DNA of 64,000 nt from a virus (IMGVR_UViG_3300045988_004821), one strand, 5' to 3'; numbered from the stretch's first letter, positions 1 through 18,380 are shown. Program-made: numbers and translations. Notes: generated by a model not told the origin, from the sequence alone.

Positions 1-63
1 AATTACTTACAAGGTTCTGAAGAGGCTCCTGTAAGTTTAAACGTTAACAATTCAGGTGAAGAA

Positions 64-531
64 ATGACTGAACAAGAAAAGCAAGAACTAGAAGCTTTGC
101 GTCTTCAGGTTGCTCAAATGAAAGCTAAAGAACAGGAAGCTGCTTTGTCAGATTTGACTAATAAGATTTCTGCTTCTGCTGAAGCTTTTGGGTTTGATGC
201 AAAAGAAGCTGCAACGACTATTTTAGGTGCTGGTCTTGACAACCCTCTGAGTGTTCTGTTTATGAATGCTATGGAAGGTGCTAACCAGAAACTTAATGAA
301 ACTATCGCGTCCCATGCTTCTGCAATGGAAGAAAAAGAATCAGAAATTACCAAGCTGAAAGAAACTGCTGGTGCTGTTCTTGAACATTCCAACGCTATGG
401 AAGAAATGGGTAATGACGGCGAAGCTGATTTGGTTGAAGAAGAAAAAGAACCAGCTAAGAATGCTTCCGAAGACACCGCTGAACAACGCAAACTGGCTCT
501 CCAGAATGCTCTAAAATCTCTTATCAAATAA
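64..531 (+). CDS. putative capsid scaffolding protein; frame is open back to window start, so true 5' end may lie upstream
   Basis: SD-like AGGTG upstream of ATG 64; acidic Glu/Ala/Lys-rich helical composition; directly upstream of capsid genes. Confidence 0.4.
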   Translation: MTEQEKQELEALRLQVAQMKAKEQEAALSDLTNKISASAEAFGFDAKEAATTILGAGLDNPLSVLFMNAMEGANQKLNETIASHASAMEEKESEITKLKETAGAVLEHSNAMEEMGNDGEADLVEEEKEPAKNASEDTAEQRKLALQNALKSLIK

Positions 532-542
532 GGAACACAATA

Positions 543-920
543 ATGGCATATGAAGGTTTTACTCACTTAGGTAAAAGAGAACCTCTGAATGATATCATTC
601 TTTGGGAACAGGTTACCCCAACAGGTCACTCTCGCAAAGAGTACACTCCAGTTGCTTCAACAGAATACCGTGTAGGTGAAGTCCTGAAAGCAGATGGTAC
701 TAAAGTTGCAGCAGGGGAAGAAGCTCAGGCTGATTCTGTATGTATCGTTAACTTTTACGCAGACCTACAACTGTCTTATCACGGTCAGTTGAAAGTAGTT
801 GGTATTCACCGTGACGCAGAACTGAAAGACCTGCTTACTCTTGAATCCGGTGTTAATGCTGAGAACGTCAAGAAAGCTCTGGCTGCTAAAGGTATTGATT
901 TCGTACCAACTGGCCTGTAA
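543..920 (+). CDS. putative head decoration protein
   Basis: 125-aa ORF between scaffold-like and major capsid genes; size and position typical of decoration proteins. Confidence 0.3.
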   Translation: MAYEGFTHLGKREPLNDIILWEQVTPTGHSRKEYTPVASTEYRVGEVLKADGTKVAAGEEAQADSVCIVNFYADLQLSYHGQLKVVGIHRDAELKDLLTLESGVNAENVKKALAAKGIDFVPTGL

Positions 921-953
921 TAACAATAATAAGACATTCTGGAGAATTTTACA

Positions 954-2057
954 ATGTTGACTAATTCTGAAAAAAGCAGATTTTTCCTTGCTGACCTGAC
1001 TGGTGAAGTCCAGTCTATCCCAAATACTTATGGGTATATTTCCAACTTAGGTCTGTTCCGTTCAGCACCAATCACCCAAACTACTTTCCTTATGGACTTG
1101 ACTGATTGGGATGTTAGCTTGCTTGATGCGGTAGACCGTGATAGCCGTAAAGCAGAGACTAGCGCACCTGAGCGTGTTCGTCAAATCAGCTTCCCAATGA
1201 TGTATTTCAAAGAAGTTGAAAGCATTACTCCTGATGAGATTCAGGGTGTACGTCAGCCAGGCACTGCAAATGAACTGACTACCGAAGCTGTAGTCCGTGC
1301 TAAGAAGCTGATGAAGATTCGTACCAAGTTCGATATTACTCGTGAGTTCCTGTTTATGCAAGCTCTGAAGGGTAAAGTTGTTGATGCTCGTGGTACTCTG
1401 TATGCTGACCTGTACAAGCAGTTTGATGTTCAGAAGAAGACTGTTTACTTCGACCTTGATAACCCTAATGCGGATATCGATGCTTCTATCGAAGAACTGC
1501 GTATGCACATGGAAGATGAAGCTAAGACTGGCACTGTAATCAACGGTGAAGAAATTCACGTAGTTGTTGACCGTGCATTCTTCAGCAAGCTGACTAAACA
1601 CCCTAAGATTCGTGATGCTTACCTTGCACAGCAGACTCCGCTGGCTTGGCAGCAGATTACTGGTTCTCTGAGAACTGGTGGTGCTGACGGCGTTCAGGCT
1701 CACATGAACACTTTCTACTACGGTGGCGTTAAGTTTGTCCAGTATAACGGTAAGTTTAAAGACAAGCGTGGTAAGGTTCATACTCTGGTTAGCATTGATG
1801 GTGCTGGTGCAGACGTTGGTGTAGGGCACGCTTTCCCTAATGTATCTATGTTGGGTGAAGCTAACAACATCTTTGAAGTTGCATACGGCCCATGTCCTAA
1901 GATGGGTTATGCAAATACACTTGGTCAGGAACTATACGTATTCGAATACGAAAAAGACCGTGACGAAGGTATTGACTTCGAAGCTCACTCTTACATGCTG
2001 CCATACTGTACTCGCCCTCAGTTGCTGGTAGATGTTCGTGCTGACGCTCAAGGCTAA
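954..2057 (+). CDS. major capsid protein
   Basis: 367-aa ORF in head module upstream of head-tail joining genes; size and position fit a major capsid protein. Confidence 0.55.
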   Translation: MLTNSEKSRFFLADLTGEVQSIPNTYGYISNLGLFRSAPITQTTFLMDLTDWDVSLLDAVDRDSRKAETSAPERVRQISFPMMYFKEVESITPDEIQGVRQPGTANELTTEAVVRAKKLMKIRTKFDITREFLFMQALKGKVVDARGTLYADLYKQFDVQKKTVYFDLDNPNADIDASIEELRMHMEDEAKTGTVINGEEIHVVVDRAFFSKLTKHPKIRDAYLAQQTPLAWQQITGSLRTGGADGVQAHMNTFYYGGVKFVQYNGKFKDKRGKVHTLVSIDGAGADVGVGHAFPNVSMLGEANNIFEVAYGPCPKMGYANTLGQELYVFEYEKDRDEGIDFEAHSYMLPYCTRPQLLVDVRADAQG

Positions 2058-2078
2058 TATTCTTAAGGAGGGTTATGA

Positions 2079-2528
2079 ATGTGTTATACAGGCGACCCAG
2101 CCAATAACCCTCTTGATAGAGTAAGAATCCTCTGCACAGACACCAATAATGATGAAATTCTTATTGAACAGTCTGTGCTAGAGTGGTTCTATCTAGAATC
2201 TGGAAAGGATGAAAAGAAAGCAGCCATCAAAGCTCTTAAATATTTACTCTTTCAAGTAGCCAAGATGGGAGATGAGAAGGTTGGTGGTGTTTATTTACGT
2301 AACTCTTCCAGATTCAAATCTCTGAAAGCTGTTTATGACGACCTTGTTAAAAGCTCTGTTTCAGGACTACCCTATGCAGGTGGTATTAATCAGTGTGATA
2401 TTGACATGCGTCGTCAGAATCCTTGCTCTGTCAAGAAATACACAGAATATGGTGATGCTGCCAGATACGAAGGCAGAGATTACTGCAACCGTGTTAATGG
2501 CGTATTTATTATCGAGCGAGATGAATAA
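2079..2528 (+). CDS. hypothetical head completion / head-tail joining protein
   Basis: Co-oriented ORF with RBS GGAGG upstream, between capsid and sheath genes. Confidence 0.3.
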   Translation: MCYTGDPANNPLDRVRILCTDTNNDEILIEQSVLEWFYLESGKDEKKAAIKALKYLLFQVAKMGDEKVGGVYLRNSSRFKSLKAVYDDLVKSSVSGLPYAGGINQCDIDMRRQNPCSVKKYTEYGDAARYEGRDYCNRVNGVFIIERDE

Positions 2529-3010
2529 TGGTTAAAAGGGTTATTCACCCCGCGAGAGCAAAATTAGTCGGGGCTATGAAGAACTTGCAAACGGCTAATG
2601 CTCAAGTTGGGTATTTTCAAGAACAAGGTCAACATAGCTCTGGTTTTTCTTATCCTGCTTTAATGTATTTACAAGAAGTTATTGGGGTTCCTTCAGCTTC
2701 TGGTAAAGTATATCGTAGGTTGTTTGAAATCACTATGATGCTAAACAAACAGACCTTGTTAGAGCAGACTAAGAAGAATCTATATAAGCAACTTAGCAGT
2801 CTCAACACAGACCCTTCAAATACCTTAGAAGCATTTGCAAAGAATGCTCAAAAGGCAATTAAAAGGGGTTTTGGTAATTCTGCTATCCTCCCTCCTAACG
2901 CACCTTCCACAGTCAAGAAAAAAGGCTTTAACGCACCTCTTGTTGAGACAGGTGACTTAAGAGATAACCTTGCTTATAAAATTTCTACTAAGAAGGGTAT
3001 TAAGAAATGA
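2528..3010 (+). CDS. hypothetical head-tail joining protein
   Basis: Start overlaps upstream stop (ATGA); position in morphogenesis block. Confidence 0.3.
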   Translation: MVKRVIHPARAKLVGAMKNLQTANAQVGYFQEQGQHSSGFSYPALMYLQEVIGVPSASGKVYRRLFEITMMLNKQTLLEQTKKNLYKQLSSLNTDPSNTLEAFAKNAQKAIKRGFGNSAILPPNAPSTVKKKGFNAPLVETGDLRDNLAYKISTKKGIKK

Positions 3011-3408
3011 GACTCTTAAACAGACACAGCTTTGTAGTAAAGCGTAAAGTCTCTGAAGATGGTTATTATAATGATGATGGTGATTGGGTAGCTTCACAAG
3101 ATATTGTAGAGGTTAACTGTAAAGGTAATATCCAGCCATATATCAAAGGTTCTGTAAAGAACGGTACACAGATTGCTTTACCGGAAGGTATTAGACTAAC
3201 CGATACAAGAATCCTGTATACTACATATAAACTTAGAACTTCAGATGATGTAGAGTGGAATGAGTCTGATATTGTTATGATTGATGGTCATGAGTATGAA
3301 GTATTTATGACTATGGATTGGTCACAGCAATTAGCCCATACATCCCATTATGAATATATCATTATTAGAAGGGATAAAATGAATGCAGTTAGAAACAGCA
3401 GAACTTGA
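3007..3408 (+). CDS. hypothetical tail completion protein
   Basis: Overlapping start/stop, position between capsid and sheath genes. Confidence 0.3.
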   Translation: MRLLNRHSFVVKRKVSEDGYYNDDGDWVASQDIVEVNCKGNIQPYIKGSVKNGTQIALPEGIRLTDTRILYTTYKLRTSDDVEWNESDIVMIDGHEYEVFMTMDWSQQLAHTSHYEYIIIRRDKMNAVRNSRT

Positions 3409-3982
3409 AAAAGGTCTAGTTAGAACCTTAGTGGATGTTATTGGTCACAGATTAGCTCGTGATAAAAATAATAGACCAAACGTAATTAGAGCTTACCCTT
3501 CTGATAACTCAAATGACAAAGGTTTAAAACCTGACCAGCCATTTATTACCGTATATTGTCAAGATGCTGCAACACCTTATGGTTGGGTTCTTGATAAGTT
3601 TGTTGAAGATGATGTAGTTTGTTACAGAATTGCTTTTCAGATTCCAGTATTAATTACGGTGAATGGTAAAGGTGCTCACAGTATTATGCTTGAGCTTAAA
3701 CAAAGATTAGAGATGAGTTCAGTCAGAGATTTAATCCTTGAAGAAACAGGAGCTACAGTACTGGACACTGGAGCAATCCCAAATGATTACACTTATCTCA
3801 ATACAGATTTCGAAAATTCTGCACCTCTTGTTGTAACTCTTGTAAAAAACTCAGTCCTGAAAGATGAACGTGGAAGTATTATTGAGCGTGTCATTGTTGA
3901 TGGTGAGTTAGTTTATGAAGAAGGACAAGAGCCACCAGAATATATTATCCATCTAGATGTAGACTCCAAAGGGGTAAAATAA
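3383..3982 (+). CDS. hypothetical tail terminator / sheath-associated protein
   Basis: 199-aa ORF immediately upstream of sheath-like gene. Confidence 0.3.
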   Translation: MQLETAELEKGLVRTLVDVIGHRLARDKNNRPNVIRAYPSDNSNDKGLKPDQPFITVYCQDAATPYGWVLDKFVEDDVVCYRIAFQIPVLITVNGKGAHSIMLELKQRLEMSSVRDLILEETGATVLDTGAIPNDYTYLNTDFENSAPLVVTLVKNSVLKDERGSIIERVIVDGELVYEEGQEPPEYIIHLDVDSKGVK

Positions 3983-5335
3983 ATGTGGAATCCAATTGTT
4001 AATGTAGATATTACATTGAACACCGCAGGAACTACAAGAGAAGGTTTTGGTTTGCCACTATTCTTAGCTTCAACAGATAACTTTGAAGAAAGAGTCCGTG
4101 GTTACACTTCCTTAACTGAAGTTGCTGAAGATTTCGATGAAAACTCTGCTGCATATAAGGCTGCTAAACAACTTTGGAGTCAGACTCCTAAAGTAACTCA
4201 GCTTTATATTGGTAGACGCGCTATGCAGTACACTGTATCAATTCCTGATGAGGTTACTGAGAGCACGGACTACTCAATTACTGTAGCTGTCGGTGGGGGA
4301 ATGTCACAACCATTCCAGTACACCTCACAAGGTGAAGATACTGCCGAGAATGTATTACAACAGTTTAAAACACAGATTGAAGCTGACCAATCAATTAAAG
4401 ATAAAGTTTCAGTCAATGTTACTGGTAGCAACGGTTCTGCCACAATGGTCATCTCCAAAGCTGGTGACAATGATTTCGTGAAGGTAACCACTACAGCACA
4501 AACTGTGTCTATTGCAAGCACAACTGCTGATACAGCGTCAACTGCTCTGGCAGCTATTGAAGCTTATTCTACCGACTGGTATTTCATTGCAGCAGAAGAC
4601 AGAACTCAACAGTTTGTTTTGGCAATGGCTTCTGAGATTCAGGCTCGTAAGAAAATCTTCTTCACAGCTAACTCTGATGTAGCAGCACTGCAAGGTACAG
4701 AATTAAATGGTGCAAATGATGTTCCAGCACAGCTTGCTAAGAGTATGTATACTCGCACAGTTTGCTTGTGGCATCACACAGCGGCAGAAGATTATCCAGA
4801 GATGGCATATATTGCTTATGGCGCTCCATACGATGCAGGGTCAATTGCTTGGGGTAATGCTCAGTTGACTGGTGTAGCTGCTTCTTTACAGCCAGCTAAT
4901 AAGAGACCTCTGACAAGCATTCAGAAGTCAGCTTTAGATGTACGTCACTGTAACTTTATCGACCTTGATGGTGGTGTTCCAGTGGTTCGTAGAGGGATTA
5001 CTTCTGGTGGGGAATGGATTGATATCGTCCGTGGTGTTGACTGGTTAGAATCAGACCTGAAAACTTCTCTGAGAGACTTGCTAATTAACCAGAAGGGTGG
5101 TAAGATTACTTATGATGATACTGGTATTACCCGTATTCGTCAAGTCATTGAAACCTCTCTACAAAGAGCAGTCAACAGAAACTTCCTGTCATCTTACACA
5201 GTTAATGTTCCTAAAGCCTCTCAAGTTGCTTTGGCAGACAAGAAAGCTCGTATCCTGAAAGATGTTACCTTCGCAGGTATCTTAGCAGGGGCTATCTTGG
5301 ATGTTGACTTGAAAGGTACAGTGGCTTACGAATAA
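3983..5335 (+). CDS. tail sheath protein
   Basis: 450-aa ORF directly upstream of tube-like gene and chaperone/tape-measure genes. Confidence 0.55.
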   Translation: MWNPIVNVDITLNTAGTTREGFGLPLFLASTDNFEERVRGYTSLTEVAEDFDENSAAYKAAKQLWSQTPKVTQLYIGRRAMQYTVSIPDEVTESTDYSITVAVGGGMSQPFQYTSQGEDTAENVLQQFKTQIEADQSIKDKVSVNVTGSNGSATMVISKAGDNDFVKVTTTAQTVSIASTTADTASTALAAIEAYSTDWYFIAAEDRTQQFVLAMASEIQARKKIFFTANSDVAALQGTELNGANDVPAQLAKSMYTRTVCLWHHTAAEDYPEMAYIAYGAPYDAGSIAWGNAQLTGVAASLQPANKRPLTSIQKSALDVRHCNFIDLDGGVPVVRRGITSGGEWIDIVRGVDWLESDLKTSLRDLLINQKGGKITYDDTGITRIRQVIETSLQRAVNRNFLSSYTVNVPKASQVALADKKARILKDVTFAGILAGAILDVDLKGTVAYE

Positions 5336-5350
5336 TAGAGGTAAATTGGA

Positions 5351-5797
5351 ATGGCTATGTATCAGCAATATTCCCCTAAAGACGTTGTATGTAGCTGGAA
5401 TGGTATTGCCATTGAAGGCTTTGCCCCAGACTCATTTTTACGTCTACAGAGAACATCACCACTTATCACACCAGTTGTAGGTGCAGGTGGTCAGGTTGCT
5501 CTGACAAGAAATGCAGACAAGACAGGTACTATTGAGATTGAGCTAATGCAGACTTCTCTCTCTAACCAGATGCTTTCTGCAATTCAAGCTAAACAAGACA
5601 ACATGGAACTTGAAGAAGATATCTCTTCTAACTTCGTAATCTACGACCCATCAGGCTCTGTTCTGGCAACTGGTATTAATGCTTGGTTGCAGGAATTACC
5701 ACAGATTGAACTTGGGCGTGACCAGAACTCTAAAACTTGGATTTTTGGTTGTGAGAAGCTAGACTACACTTCTACAATTCCAGCGTCAAGTGTTTAA
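5351..5797 (+). CDS. tail tube protein
   Basis: 148-aa ORF after sheath gene, followed by a terminator-like hairpin, then chaperone and tape-measure genes. Confidence 0.5.
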   Translation: MAMYQQYSPKDVVCSWNGIAIEGFAPDSFLRLQRTSPLITPVVGAGGQVALTRNADKTGTIEIELMQTSLSNQMLSAIQAKQDNMELEEDISSNFVIYDPSGSVLATGINAWLQELPQIELGRDQNSKTWIFGCEKLDYTSTIPASSV

Positions 5798-5810
5798 TAA
5801 ATCCTATAAG

Positions 5811-5841
5811 GGGGAGACTTTAAAAGGTCTTCCCCTTTTTT
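5811..5841 (+). terminator. rho-independent terminator after tail tube gene
   Basis: Hairpin GGGGAGAC...GTCTTCCCC followed by TTTTTT. Confidence 0.6.
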
Positions 5842-5870
5842 GTTTCTTTTAAAAGTATTAAGGAATCACA

Positions 5871-6269
5871 ATGAAAACAGAATCTAAAGTAATTAATGGT
5901 AAGAAAGTAAATATCGTTCTGCTTGGGGCAAGAGATGGGATTAAGATGTCTATGAAGCTGGGTAAAATTGTTGTTCCAACATTTGCACAGATGCTATCAA
6001 GTCTGACTGATAAAGATAAGAAAGAAGCTCCAATGGTTCCATTTAAAGACCTTGTTGAAGCTTGTTTTGACAGAATTGAAGAAATTAACCTTGAAGAAAT
6101 GGCTACCCTGTTATTTCAAGGGGCAACTGTTGATGACTTCCCACTCAATATTGATACATACTTCCAAGCAAACTACGGTGAGTTTATTGATTACTTAGCA
6201 TTTGCGCTGGAGGCAAACTTCGGAAGTTTTTTCGAAGCAAGCATTTTCAAAAGCCTAACTTCTCAGTAA
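5871..6269 (+). CDS. tail assembly chaperone (G-like)
   Basis: Located between tube and tape measure; slippery T_TTT_TTC near 3' end allows -1 shift into next ORF. Confidence 0.45.
   Translation: MKTESKVINGKKVNIVLLGARDGIKMSMKLGKIVVPTFAQMLSSLTDKDKKEAPMVPFKDLVEACFDRIEEINLEEMATLLFQGATVDDFPLNIDTYFQANYGEFIDYLAFALEANFGSFFEASIFKSLTSQ
6227..6233 (+). promoter_or_regulatory. putative -1 programmed ribosomal frameshift slippery site (T_TTT_TTC)
   Basis: X_XXY_YYZ heptamer in zero frame near end of chaperone ORF; -1 frame open into 6272-6511. Confidence 0.4.
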
Positions 6270-6271
6270 AC

Positions 6272-6510
6272 ATGGGTAATACTCTACAGACACCACTAAC
6301 TGATGCTGCTGTAGAGGCAACCTATGAAGAAGCAGACGAGATGAAATTTGTGCTTGCTATTTATGGTATGGAAGGGTGTAAAGAAACACTTGACCAACTC
6401 TTTGCTATGACATTCTCTGATTTATTATCATTGAGACAATTTCTTGAAATTCAGAGGTCGTATAAAGAGGAAATTGCTTACAACGAACTTAGAAGAGCAG
6501 GAAAAATGTA

Positions 6511-6511
<1 letters not shown>
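6272..6511 (+). CDS. tail assembly chaperone extension (T-like part of putative G/GT frameshift product)
   Basis: In -1 frame relative to upstream chaperone, with no stop between slippery site and this ORF. Confidence 0.4.
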
Positions 6512-14527
<8,016 letters not shown>

Positions 14528-14529
14528 TA

Positions 14530-15702
14530 ATGGCAGTAGGTGAAATTCAAATTAGTGCCTTGCCTCAAGCATCCTTACCAATTGACCTTAGTGATATCTT
14601 CCATCTTAAGCAGGGTATTGAGGATAAGAGGTGTACTCTTGAGCAATTACTTGCTCCACACGCAAGCCTAAGAAATAACCCTCATGGTGTTACTAAAACA
14701 CAAATTGGTTTAGATAATGTTATTAATGCTCTTCAGTTAGTCGCTGCAAATAACTTATCAGATATTGTTAATGTAGCTGAGGCAAGAGCAAATCTACAGA
14801 TTATGTCTTCAGAAGAGGTTAATAACCTTGTCCAGCAACATATCAAGGACAAGAGTAACCCACACAATACAACTAAGGCACAGGTTGGTTTAAGTAATGT
14901 TCAGAACTGGACAACATCTAATCTGTATAACGAAGATGCAGATAAGTATGCTACAGCAAGAGCAGTAAATAACTTGTACAAGGCTGTTCAGGCTTCTTAT
15001 CCAGTAGGTACTATCCATCTTTCTATGAACTCTGCAAACCCTTCCACATACTTAATTTGTGGAGGTACTTGGGAGTTAGTTTCAAAAGGCAGGGCATTGG
15101 TTGGCTATGACTCTGATACAAGACCAGCAGGTTCTGTATTTGGCGCTTCAACTGTCACTTTGTCAGTTAATAACATGCCTCAGCACTCCCACTCTGTGTC
15201 TCTTAGCGGTGGTGGTCACACTCATAATGCAACTGTGTCAATTTCAGCTTTTGATTATGGGACTAAGACTACAAACTCTTTTGACTATGGGACAAAAGCT
15301 ACTAACACAACTGGTAACCATACACACAGTGTGTCAGGTAACACTAGCACCAATGGTACTCACAACCATGATGTGTATCCTAGAGAAAATGATGGCACTG
15401 GTAATGCTGTGGCTGACTCTGATGGTGGTGGTGCAAGAAGGACATCAAGGACTTCTAGTGATGGTGCGCACTCACACAGCTTTAACGTCACATCTGGTGC
15501 ATCAGGTGACCACAGCCACACGGTTGGTATTGGTGCTCACAGTCATACAGTTGGTATTGGTTCACATACGCATAGTGGCACTGTAACAGTTTCTTCTTCT
15601 GAACATACACATAGTGGCAATACAAATAGTGTTGGTGGAGGTCAGGCAGTTAATATTGAACAGCCATCCTTCGTACTGTATGTATGGCAGAGAACAGCTT
15701 AA
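14530..15702 (+). CDS. tail fiber protein with His-X-His repeat tip
   Basis: C-terminal third has repeated HTHS/HSHS/HSHTVGIG motifs; C-terminus ...YVWQRTA paralogous to next gene. Confidence 0.6.
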   Translation: MAVGEIQISALPQASLPIDLSDIFHLKQGIEDKRCTLEQLLAPHASLRNNPHGVTKTQIGLDNVINALQLVAANNLSDIVNVAEARANLQIMSSEEVNNLVQQHIKDKSNPHNTTKAQVGLSNVQNWTTSNLYNEDADKYATARAVNNLYKAVQASYPVGTIHLSMNSANPSTYLICGGTWELVSKGRALVGYDSDTRPAGSVFGASTVTLSVNNMPQHSHSVSLSGGGHTHNATVSISAFDYGTKTTNSFDYGTKATNTTGNHTHSVSGNTSTNGTHNHDVYPRENDGTGNAVADSDGGGARRTSRTSSDGAHSHSFNVTSGASGDHSHTVGIGAHSHTVGIGSHTHSGTVTVSSSEHTHSGNTNSVGGGQAVNIEQPSFVLYVWQRTA

Positions 15703-15711
15703 TTTCTTTAC

Positions 15712-15732
15712 AGGGGCTTTATAGCCCCTTTT
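15712..15732 (+). terminator. hairpin between the two tail fiber genes (weak terminator)
   Basis: AGGGGCT-TTAT-AGCCCCT followed by TTT; preceded by TTTACAGGGG also seen in cassette B. Confidence 0.35.
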
Positions 15733-15748
15733 AAGAGGAAAATTTATA

Positions 15749-18103
15749 ATGGCAGATTACAAATTGAGTGAGCTAAACTCAATCGACACAATCCGTTCAG
15801 ATGACCTTCTTCATGTCAGAGTTAAAAAGAGACCTGAAATGCTGGGTGATGAAGACCGTCGAATGACCTATCAAGATTTCTTAGCATCTTTTAAGCTTGA
15901 AAGATTTGTTCAGATTGCTGGTAGCACTATGACGGGTGACTTAGGAATTGTTAAGCTACTTTACGGTGGCAAGGCTGTATTCGACCCCACAGGCTCTTCT
16001 GAGATTACTGTTGGTGATGTTTTAAAGACTTTTAAAATCAACGCAAACGGCCTTAAACTAACTATTGCAGACGCTTCAAGGTCGGCAACTGTTTATCATA
16101 CTTTGAATAAGCCAAGCCCTAATGAACTTGGGATGAGAACTAATGAAGAGAATGACGCAAGGTATGCAAGACTAGCCGTGAATAATACCTTTAGAGGTAC
16201 TCAAGCTATCCTCTCTGACAATGAAGCGCTCATTATTAAAAATATCACTCAAGGTGCTCCACTCTATCTTCGTGGTCAAGATGCAGATGGTACTAACAGA
16301 TGGTATCTAGGTAATGATAATAGGGGTACAAATAATCTTGTATTGAAGAATGTAAAGTCTGACGTTTCAATTGCTATTTTAGAGAATTTGGTGACAGTCA
16401 ACAGAACTCTTCAAATTGCTGGCCAAGTTCAGCCTTCAAGTTTTGCTAACTTAGATGCTAGGTATTTTACCCAGACAGCAGCTAATCAGAGATTTGCGCA
16501 GTTAGCTGGTAATAACACTTTTACTGGTACTAACACTTTCTCTAATTTTGTTGCTAAGAAGAATGCTGAAGCCATCACTCTGCAAAATGTGGACACTGCT
16601 CCCTCTTTATATATCCGAGCAAGAAAGTCAGATGGGAATTATAAGTGGTACATTGGTAATGACGGTGATGAGAACATTTTAAAAATCTATAACTATCTAA
16701 CAAAAACACAAGTCTCACTAGGTAACACTATTGCCATGAGCAAAACAGTTCAAATTGATGGTCAAGTACAACCTTCTGATTGGACTAACATTGATTCTAG
16801 ATATATTCCGGCAGCCAATTTGAGTAATCTCCCTAAACTTAATGTGTCTAATACTTTTACAAATGTGCAAACTATTGTATCTAACAACGAGGGTTTGGTA
16901 TTAAGGAACTTGACACAGGGGCAGCCACTATATATCCGTGGTGTTGATACTGAGAATGTTTCTAGATGGTGGTTAGGTGTAGGTGGTCCAAACTCTAATG
17001 TGGTAACACTTAACAACACCTATTCTGACACTAAAATCTCACTTGGTGGCTCATCAGTAATGACTAATAAGAGCTTAGCTATTACTGGTCAAGTACAACC
17101 TTCTGACTTCTCTAACTTAGATGCTAGATACTATACCCAAGCTGCCGCAAACGCAAGATATATGCTTGCAAGCATCACTGGTTCGGCTTCTGAAGCAGAT
17201 GGTGGTGATGGTGTTGCATGGGATGCAAAAACAGGTCTTTATAAGGTTACTAACACCACTGGACAGTCTTCTTCACTTGTATATAACATGTTTTTAGGGA
17301 CTAGTTCTACACCATCTGCACAATTAAAGTTTTCGTTTAAAAATGGTGGGATGTGGTATAGAACATCAAGAGATGCCTATGGCTTCGAAGTTAATTGGTC
17401 TAAAGTTTACACGGAAGCACAAAAACCAACCCCTTCAGAGATTGGTGCATACACTAAAGCTGAAACTGACCAGAAAATTGCAACAGCAATTAGTGACTCT
17501 ACAGACCTTAACAAAATCTATCCAGTTGGTATTGTAACGTGGTTTAACAGTAATGTTAACCCTAATACAGCACTCCCTGGTCTAACTTGGACGTACCTGA
17601 ATAATGGTGTTGGTAGAACTATCAGAATCGCAGCAGCAAACGGTTCAGATGTTGCTACAACTGGTGGTTCAGATTCTGTGACATTAGCTGTTGGTAACTT
17701 ACCATCACACACTCACAGTTTCTCTGCTACCACTTCATCTTTTGATTATGGTACGAAGAACACTAACAGTACTGGTGCACATACCCATTCAGTTAGTGGT
17801 ACTGCTGCATCTGCTGGGCAACACGCACACAGAATTTCACAGGGTGACAACGCTAACGTTTCATCAGGTAGAGTCGCATCTTCAAACTCTGCTCAGACCC
17901 ATGTTGGTTGGACTGAAAATGATGGTGTTCACACCCACTCAGTTAGTGGTACTGCTGCATCTGCTGGTGGACATGCTCACTCTGTAGGTATTGGTGCTCA
18001 TAGCCACACAGTTAGTGGTAACACTGGTGGTACAGGTTCTGGTTCAGCATTTAGTGTTACTAACCAGTTCTACAAGTTAATGGCTTGGGTAAGAACTGCT
18101 TAA
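15749..18103 (+). CDS. large tail fiber protein with internal repeats and His-X-His tip
   Basis: 784 aa; three approx 100-aa repeats containing GQVQPSDF/W; C-terminal HTHS/HAHS repeats ending ...MAWVRTA. Confidence 0.65.
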   Translation: MADYKLSELNSIDTIRSDDLLHVRVKKRPEMLGDEDRRMTYQDFLASFKLERFVQIAGSTMTGDLGIVKLLYGGKAVFDPTGSSEITVGDVLKTFKINANGLKLTIADASRSATVYHTLNKPSPNELGMRTNEENDARYARLAVNNTFRGTQAILSDNEALIIKNITQGAPLYLRGQDADGTNRWYLGNDNRGTNNLVLKNVKSDVSIAILENLVTVNRTLQIAGQVQPSSFANLDARYFTQTAANQRFAQLAGNNTFTGTNTFSNFVAKKNAEAITLQNVDTAPSLYIRARKSDGNYKWYIGNDGDENILKIYNYLTKTQVSLGNTIAMSKTVQIDGQVQPSDWTNIDSRYIPAANLSNLPKLNVSNTFTNVQTIVSNNEGLVLRNLTQGQPLYIRGVDTENVSRWWLGVGGPNSNVVTLNNTYSDTKISLGGSSVMTNKSLAITGQVQPSDFSNLDARYYTQAAANARYMLASITGSASEADGGDGVAWDAKTGLYKVTNTTGQSSSLVYNMFLGTSSTPSAQLKFSFKNGGMWYRTSRDAYGFEVNWSKVYTEAQKPTPSEIGAYTKAETDQKIATAISDSTDLNKIYPVGIVTWFNSNVNPNTALPGLTWTYLNNGVGRTIRIAAANGSDVATTGGSDSVTLAVGNLPSHTHSFSATTSSFDYGTKNTNSTGAHTHSVSGTAASAGQHAHRISQGDNANVSSGRVASSNSAQTHVGWTENDGVHTHSVSGTAASAGGHAHSVGIGAHSHTVSGNTGGTGSGSAFSVTNQFYKLMAWVRTA

Positions 18104-18182
18104 TCCCTTGTTGACTGATTGTTAAGATGGTGTTAATATTCTTTATGGGTATTCTCACCATCTTGGCTGATGAGGTGATTAA

Positions 18183-18380
18183 ATGCCTACAATCCTAGCA
18201 ATTCTTCTAAAAAATCTAGGTAGCTTCTTCTGGAAACTCATTTTATCCCTTCTAAGTGAATACATGATTGAGAAAGTGTTCTTTAAGCTTGCAAGATATC
18301 TTGCGAGTAAGACAGACACACCTATTGATGATGAGTTCGTAGATAACTTAGAAAAAGCTTTTAAGGGGGAGAATAAATGA
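18183..18380 (+). CDS. hypothetical small protein
   Basis: 65-aa ORF after tail fiber gene. Confidence 0.3.
   Translation: MPTILAILLKNLGSFFWKLILSLLSEYMIEKVFFKLARYLASKTDTPIDDEFVDNLEKAFKGENK

Noticed and set aside
114-566. 150-aa ORF on the - strand
   Set aside because: Lies fully antisense to the scaffold-like gene in a uniformly + strand structural block; low-complexity Ser/Ala-rich translation typical of an antisense artefact.
1062-1829. 255-aa ORF on the - strand inside the major capsid gene
   Set aside because: Antisense to a gene with good start context; no RBS and odd composition.
15101-15586. 161-aa alternative-frame ORF inside the tail fiber gene (also 17343-17987 in the second fiber)
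   Set aside because: Generated by the repetitive His-X-His coding region read out of frame; Leu/Val/Thr-rich low-complexity translation.
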